Of a DNA stretch of 64,000 nucleotides, positions 56,751 through 64,000 are shown piece by piece (the stretch's first letter is position 1; each line of letters starts with the position of its first letter). This DNA is from Salpingoeca rosetta (lineage: Eukaryota > Protista > Choanoflagellata). The notes beneath the pieces are model-generated. The model ran no database searches. It was not told the origin of the DNA and saw nothing but the letters and a program-made list of their open reading frames with translations. Made by a program: the position numbers and the translations under genes. The DNA lies in contig JAWQFM010000018.1 of assembly GCA_033442325.1 (NCBI GenBank), positions 636,617-700,616 on the forward strand, given 5' to 3'.

Positions 56751-57786
56751 ACGAGCAACCCCGCATTGTTAGAGCCATGCCACACACGCTCATGTTGCCC
56801 TCCCCCCATATGCCACCACCACTGTTCGCGTTGCTTTTCTCCCTCCTTGCACGTGTTTGGTGCTCACAACCGACACACATTCATGCACGTATGCGTTGAC
56901 CATTGCTTCTTTCGTTTGTCCACCTCCCTCTCTCCTTTTCACTGAACACCCCACTCCCCCCCCCCAACCCGCTGGTTTCCCTGGTCCAAATTGTCAGGAG
57001 CACAACATGGCCCGTATTGGGATGTGTCGCTTCGTGAAGATGAAGTGTCAAGTTCTGATCGAGGCCTCACCGTTGCATGCATGCATGCACGATGGTGTTG
57101 CTCCCATGTACCACGACCATGCGCCTTGCTGCCTTGCTGCCTTGCTGCCTTGCTCCCGCTCTTGCTTCCCGCTCTGCTTCTCCTCCTCTTGCATGTGCTT
57201 TGGTCCTTGTGATCAAGCGTACGTGCATGCGTTGAACCACAATCTGCCTTGCTTTTCTTCTCTTTTCCCGTCTGCTCTGATCGTTTCTTTGTTTGTTCGC
57301 TGAATGCAGCTCGTTGTCTCCCTTGTTCCCCTTTGTTTCCCTTTCCCTTCTTCATCTTCATCCGTTGGAACTGCCCCATAACCGCTGCGTAAGCGCCGTT
57401 GATCTCTCCCCCCCCCCTCTTCCATCACATCACCGCCTTCACAGCTCCGCTCCAATACACCGACAACATGACATGACATGACTGGACGTTCGTTTACTGC
57501 TTTGGTGTTGGCAGAAATCATACACACACGCACACAGATACGGTCATGGGGGTGGCGTGTGCCTGATGTAACAGCGTGGCACATGCCAGAACAGAATTGT
57601 TACGACGCAAACAACAAGAAAAAAAAAGTGTCAGGGCTCGTTGGAACGACAGCTGCACGCGCCTTCCTGTTGCTTCCGTTAACGTCCACCACAAGCTATC
57701 CCCGCTTTAAACTCAATCTCACACCGCAACGCACAAGACACACACACACACACATACACACACTCACTCACACACACACACACACA

Positions 57787-57867
<81 letters not shown>

Positions 57868-58034
57868 TCTGTCTCTCTCTCTGTCTCTCTCTGTCTTTCT
57901 CTCTCTCTCGCTCAACACACATTGTTCGTCACACACTTTCCCTCCATCTCACACTTCCCCAAACGCACACGCACACGCACACATTTCTCACACTTCCCCA
58001 AACGCACACATCTCTCACACGCATCTCAAAGATG

Positions 58035-60682
<2,648 letters not shown>

Positions 60683-60968
60683 TGCTTCGTTGGGTGGGAG
60701 TGAAGAGAGGACGGTTCTGACGGTTCTGACGGTTGCTCCTTTCTTGTTTTGTTGCTGCTGCGGCTCGTTTGGCTGTTTGATTGGTTTGTGGGTTGGTAGG
60801 TTAGCTTAGGATGGCCTTCATGGACAAGGACACCTACAGCAACGACAACAGCAACAGCCACCACGGAAAACCAAAACATGCAGCAAGAAGCAAGCAAGAG
60901 GATAACGGTCAAAACAAACGAGACAACAAACACAGCCAACATTGCCGGTGCTGGTGGTGTTGTGCTCC

Positions 60969-61019
<51 letters not shown>

Positions 61020-61872
61020 CCGCACGCAGGGGTTGACGTGCTCCTTGGTGGGATGGCGACAACAACACAACCAACACAACACGCACCTTCCGTCCGTTCA
61101 GCCAAGGTCGGTAAGCACAGCAAGACGAATGCAGCGAAGGACGAAAAATGCGATCGCCAAGTCAGGGCCGCGACACGACACCATATCGTGTAGCCAATAT
61201 GAGCACCACTGTGGGTGCTGCTCCTCCTTCCCCCCCCCCCCCCCTTCCGCCCCCTTTGCGTGCTGTGGTGCCACAGTCTACTTCCTCCCTCTTGTCTCCT
61301 CACAAGTGTGCGAGTGTTATGGCTGGCCACGGTTTCGTGTGTGTGCGCGAGGGTTTATTGGGAGGGGGGGCATCGTGGTGCAAGCGAACCACACTCTATC
61401 TCGAGTCGCGAGGCATGCATTCGTGATGTCAACACAAGACAAACCCCTACACGGTAGCGATTGTGCAGTCGCAGTCGGGGGGGGGGTGCGTGCAAAGCAC
61501 GGCCAAGGATCCATGGCCACGGATTCCTGACAGCCTGCATCCTTGAGTAAGCGTTGTGCTGTTGGCGCTGATGTGCGCAGCTGAAAGGCGCTGTCGATGC
61601 ACGCGGTCACAAGCTGGTGGTCGCGTTGAATGACGACTGCCACCAAGCAAGGTTCTCACGCAGCCTCAAGCCGGCACACTCAGATAACGATCAAGGCAGT
61701 CGTCTCTGTCCTCAATGGGTGCACTTGGAACAAGGGGAAGGGCCGCGCCGTGGCTGCAGTGGTTGCAGTTGTTTGGGTTGATGCAGTTGCAATTGTTGCA
61801 GGTGCAATTGATGCAGTTGCAGGCAGCGTGTTCATACAGATGAACCATCCAGGTAGAAGTCGTGTTTTGGCT

Positions 61873-62074
61873 TCACTTAGCCTGCTGGTCGCTCAGGTCC
61901 GCAGGCGGTGGTGGAAGCAGTGGCACAGCGAGCGGCAGCTGCGGGACCGCGGAAATCGTGTCGGGGATGCTGGCTGTGCTTCCCACCGTTGGTCTGAGCG
62001 TCTTGAGGAGCGCGATGGCCGCTGCCTTTGTTTCGGCCGCCGTGTTTGCACTCACTGGCTTCCCATTTCCGCCT

Positions 62075-62110
<36 letters not shown>

Positions 62111-62214
62111 GGCTGTTGATGCTGCTGTGGCTGCCGGTGGTGCTGGACAATGCCATCCCCATCATCGTCGTCGTCCTCCACCACCACAACACCATTGCGA
62201 TCTCTGCCGGCCAT
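61873..62214 (-). CDS. Short hypothetical protein or first exon (acidic, polyQ, Pro-rich)
   Basis: 113-aa ATG ORF with protein-like composition, divergent from the ATG at 62429. Downstream structure unresolved. Confidence 0.35.
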
Positions 62215-62428
62215 GTCGATTGTTATGCAAAATCATTCACAACATTTCTGACGGTTCGGAAGCACATGGGTGTGCTGCCTCCTCCTCCTCTCCCCCCCCC
62301 CCTCTCTCCCCCTCTCTATCTCTCTCCCCCTCTCTCTCCTTGTGTCTGCATCATGGCGCTAGGTGTGATGCACACGGCTCAGGGCCAAAGCATGGCTGCA
62401 TTGACTGTGAACCGGTGCGACAAGAGAC

Positions 62429-63213
62429 ATGTGCGCGACGCGTGGTGGTCGCATGGTGTGGGTGCTTGTGGTGGTGGCGACGCTGACGCCGCCGCTGCTG
62501 CTGTTGTCCATGCTGCCGTTCCCGCCGGCGTGTGCCGAGCTACCACCGCTGGAAGAGGAGCCGGAGATGCCCGACTTCAACCTCGGCGACTTTGACACAA
62601 GGGTGCGCCTCCCCATCCCGCAGTTTATCAAGGACGAGCTTCCACAAGACCTGCTGGACAAGCTCACAGACGAAGACATCCTCGCCATTTCATCGCGGCA
62701 ACTGTGCGTGTCTGTGAATGTATGTATGTGTATGTGTGTGTGCGTCGGTGCGTGCGTGTATGTATCTGTGTGTATTTGTTTGCGTGTGTGTGTGTGTGTG
62801 TTTACATCTTTGCTCACCCACGCACACCTCACGCTCACGTCAATGCACGCACACGCACACTTCCTCGCCCAGGGCGCGGACAAGTGGTATGGAAATGGTG
62901 CCACGCGACGGAAGACAGGTGTGCATGCATGTGCGTTGGTGTGTGTGTGTGTGTGTGTGTAAATGTAGTGTACAGGTTGTTGCGTTGCTTTGGCTTTTCC
63001 AACTTCCTTGCAGACATGCACCCAAGCTCACGGAAGCCATTTCCACGCTGCGTGAACATGAACAAACCAACAGCGTCGGGAGTACAAGTTTGGCGAGTGC
63101 GAGACCATGGACATGAACAACGTGGACGACTGCGCCCAAGTCTGCATGCAGAGGGGCTACACCAGCGCAGCCTTTTACACCGCGTGCGTTTCTGTGTGTG
63201 TGTGCGTGCGTGC

Positions 63214-63302
<89 letters not shown>

Positions 63303-64000
63303 CGTTGGTGTGTGTTTGTGTGTGTGTGTGTGTGTGCTGTATTTTACTGTGCCTCACATGCAGTGCCCGGTTCGCTGTTTGCGTGTTTCCGCCAATGCAG
63401 GTCGCCGTTCAATGTGTGCACGTGTAGCGTGAGTCCTTCTGGGTATTCCACGCACTACTGCGGCCCACAGCTCATGGCGCTGTTCCGGCCAAAGGGGTTC
63501 CCCCGCAGCTTCTACGGCCGATACATCAGGTGGGCGGAGGCAGCATGGTGGTTTGTATTTTGGGAAAGGGGGCGTGGTGTGGGGGTTTGATGCGTCATGG
63601 CTGTGTGCCGTCTGTCAGTATGGAGTGTGCCGCATCAGCAAAACTGTGATACACTCACTCACTCACTCTCACTCACTCACTCTTTCAGGACGAATGACGG
63701 GGCGCGGATTGCGGCGTCCGACATTCCCATGAGCGGGAGCGACTACAACGTGATGGACTTTGGCGCAGAGTGGCCCGCCAACATCTCGCTGGGAGACCAC
63801 GGCTACCCCGTGTGGCCGAGCGAGGAAGAGCGCCTGGCGTTTATGGACGGCCTCAAGAACGGCAGCCCAGACGTCGTCGAGACCCCACCGCCACAAGCAG
63901 ATGACGACGCTGCTGCTGGCGATGGTGGTGGTGGCGATGGTGGTGGTGGAGATGACGATGCTGTTACTGCTGCGGGAGATGACGATGCCAGTGCGACAGA
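62429..64000 (+). CDS. Secreted hypothetical protein with a small Cys module (WSC/PAN-like); continues past the window
   Basis: Signal peptide MVWVLVVVATLTPPLLLLSMLPFPPACA. In-phase exons ~62429-62703, 62873-62918, 63074-63183, 63428-63529, 63689-end. Contains CETMDMNNVDDCAQVCMQRGYTSAAF...HYCG. Confidence 0.6.

Noticed and set aside
61873-61875. Selenocysteine readthrough of the TGA
   Set aside because: No selenoprotein context and no identifiable SECIS element.
61630-62595. 321-aa plus-strand ORF with poly-Leu
   Set aside because: Antisense of a CAG tract, crosses a probable promoter region and overlaps the next gene out of frame.

Overview
Eukaryotic, intron-rich, GC-rich genomic DNA. Almost every intron carries a (CA)n/(GT)n microsatellite, donors are typically gtgcgt/gtgagt/gtacgt, and there are three 100-N assembly gaps. 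Style and gene content point to a choanoflagellate, most likely Salpingoeca rosetta (inference). Most entries in the ORF track are microsatellite artefacts, so genes were assembled by hand from GT-AG exons. About 18 protein-coding genes, in order: tandem-SH2 protein (3' part), possible TEDC2-like protein, low-complexity protein, stand-alone voltage-sensor-domain protein, CLIP3/4-like ankyrin + CAP-Gly protein, Diaphanous-type formin, intronless orphan with a BEN-like C-terminus, secreted six-hairpin-glycosidase-like protein, three consecutive intronless genes (F-box-like/LRR, secreted 7-bladed propeller, membrane protein), divergent mitochondrial Hsp70, RRM-less NELF-E-like protein, mitochondrial uS7, PARP1-like enzyme, Shisa-like membrane protein, a short uncertain ORF and a secreted protein running off the end. 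The two strongest leads are (1) an apparent single-nucleotide exon (A at 55353, cag|A|gtacgt) that restores the conserved GYMFGKG motif of the PARP catalytic site, and (2) a small gene with three ordered NELF-E N-terminal motifs, no RRM and a (QTPP)n tail. Homology calls rest on motifs recalled from memory; no searches were run.
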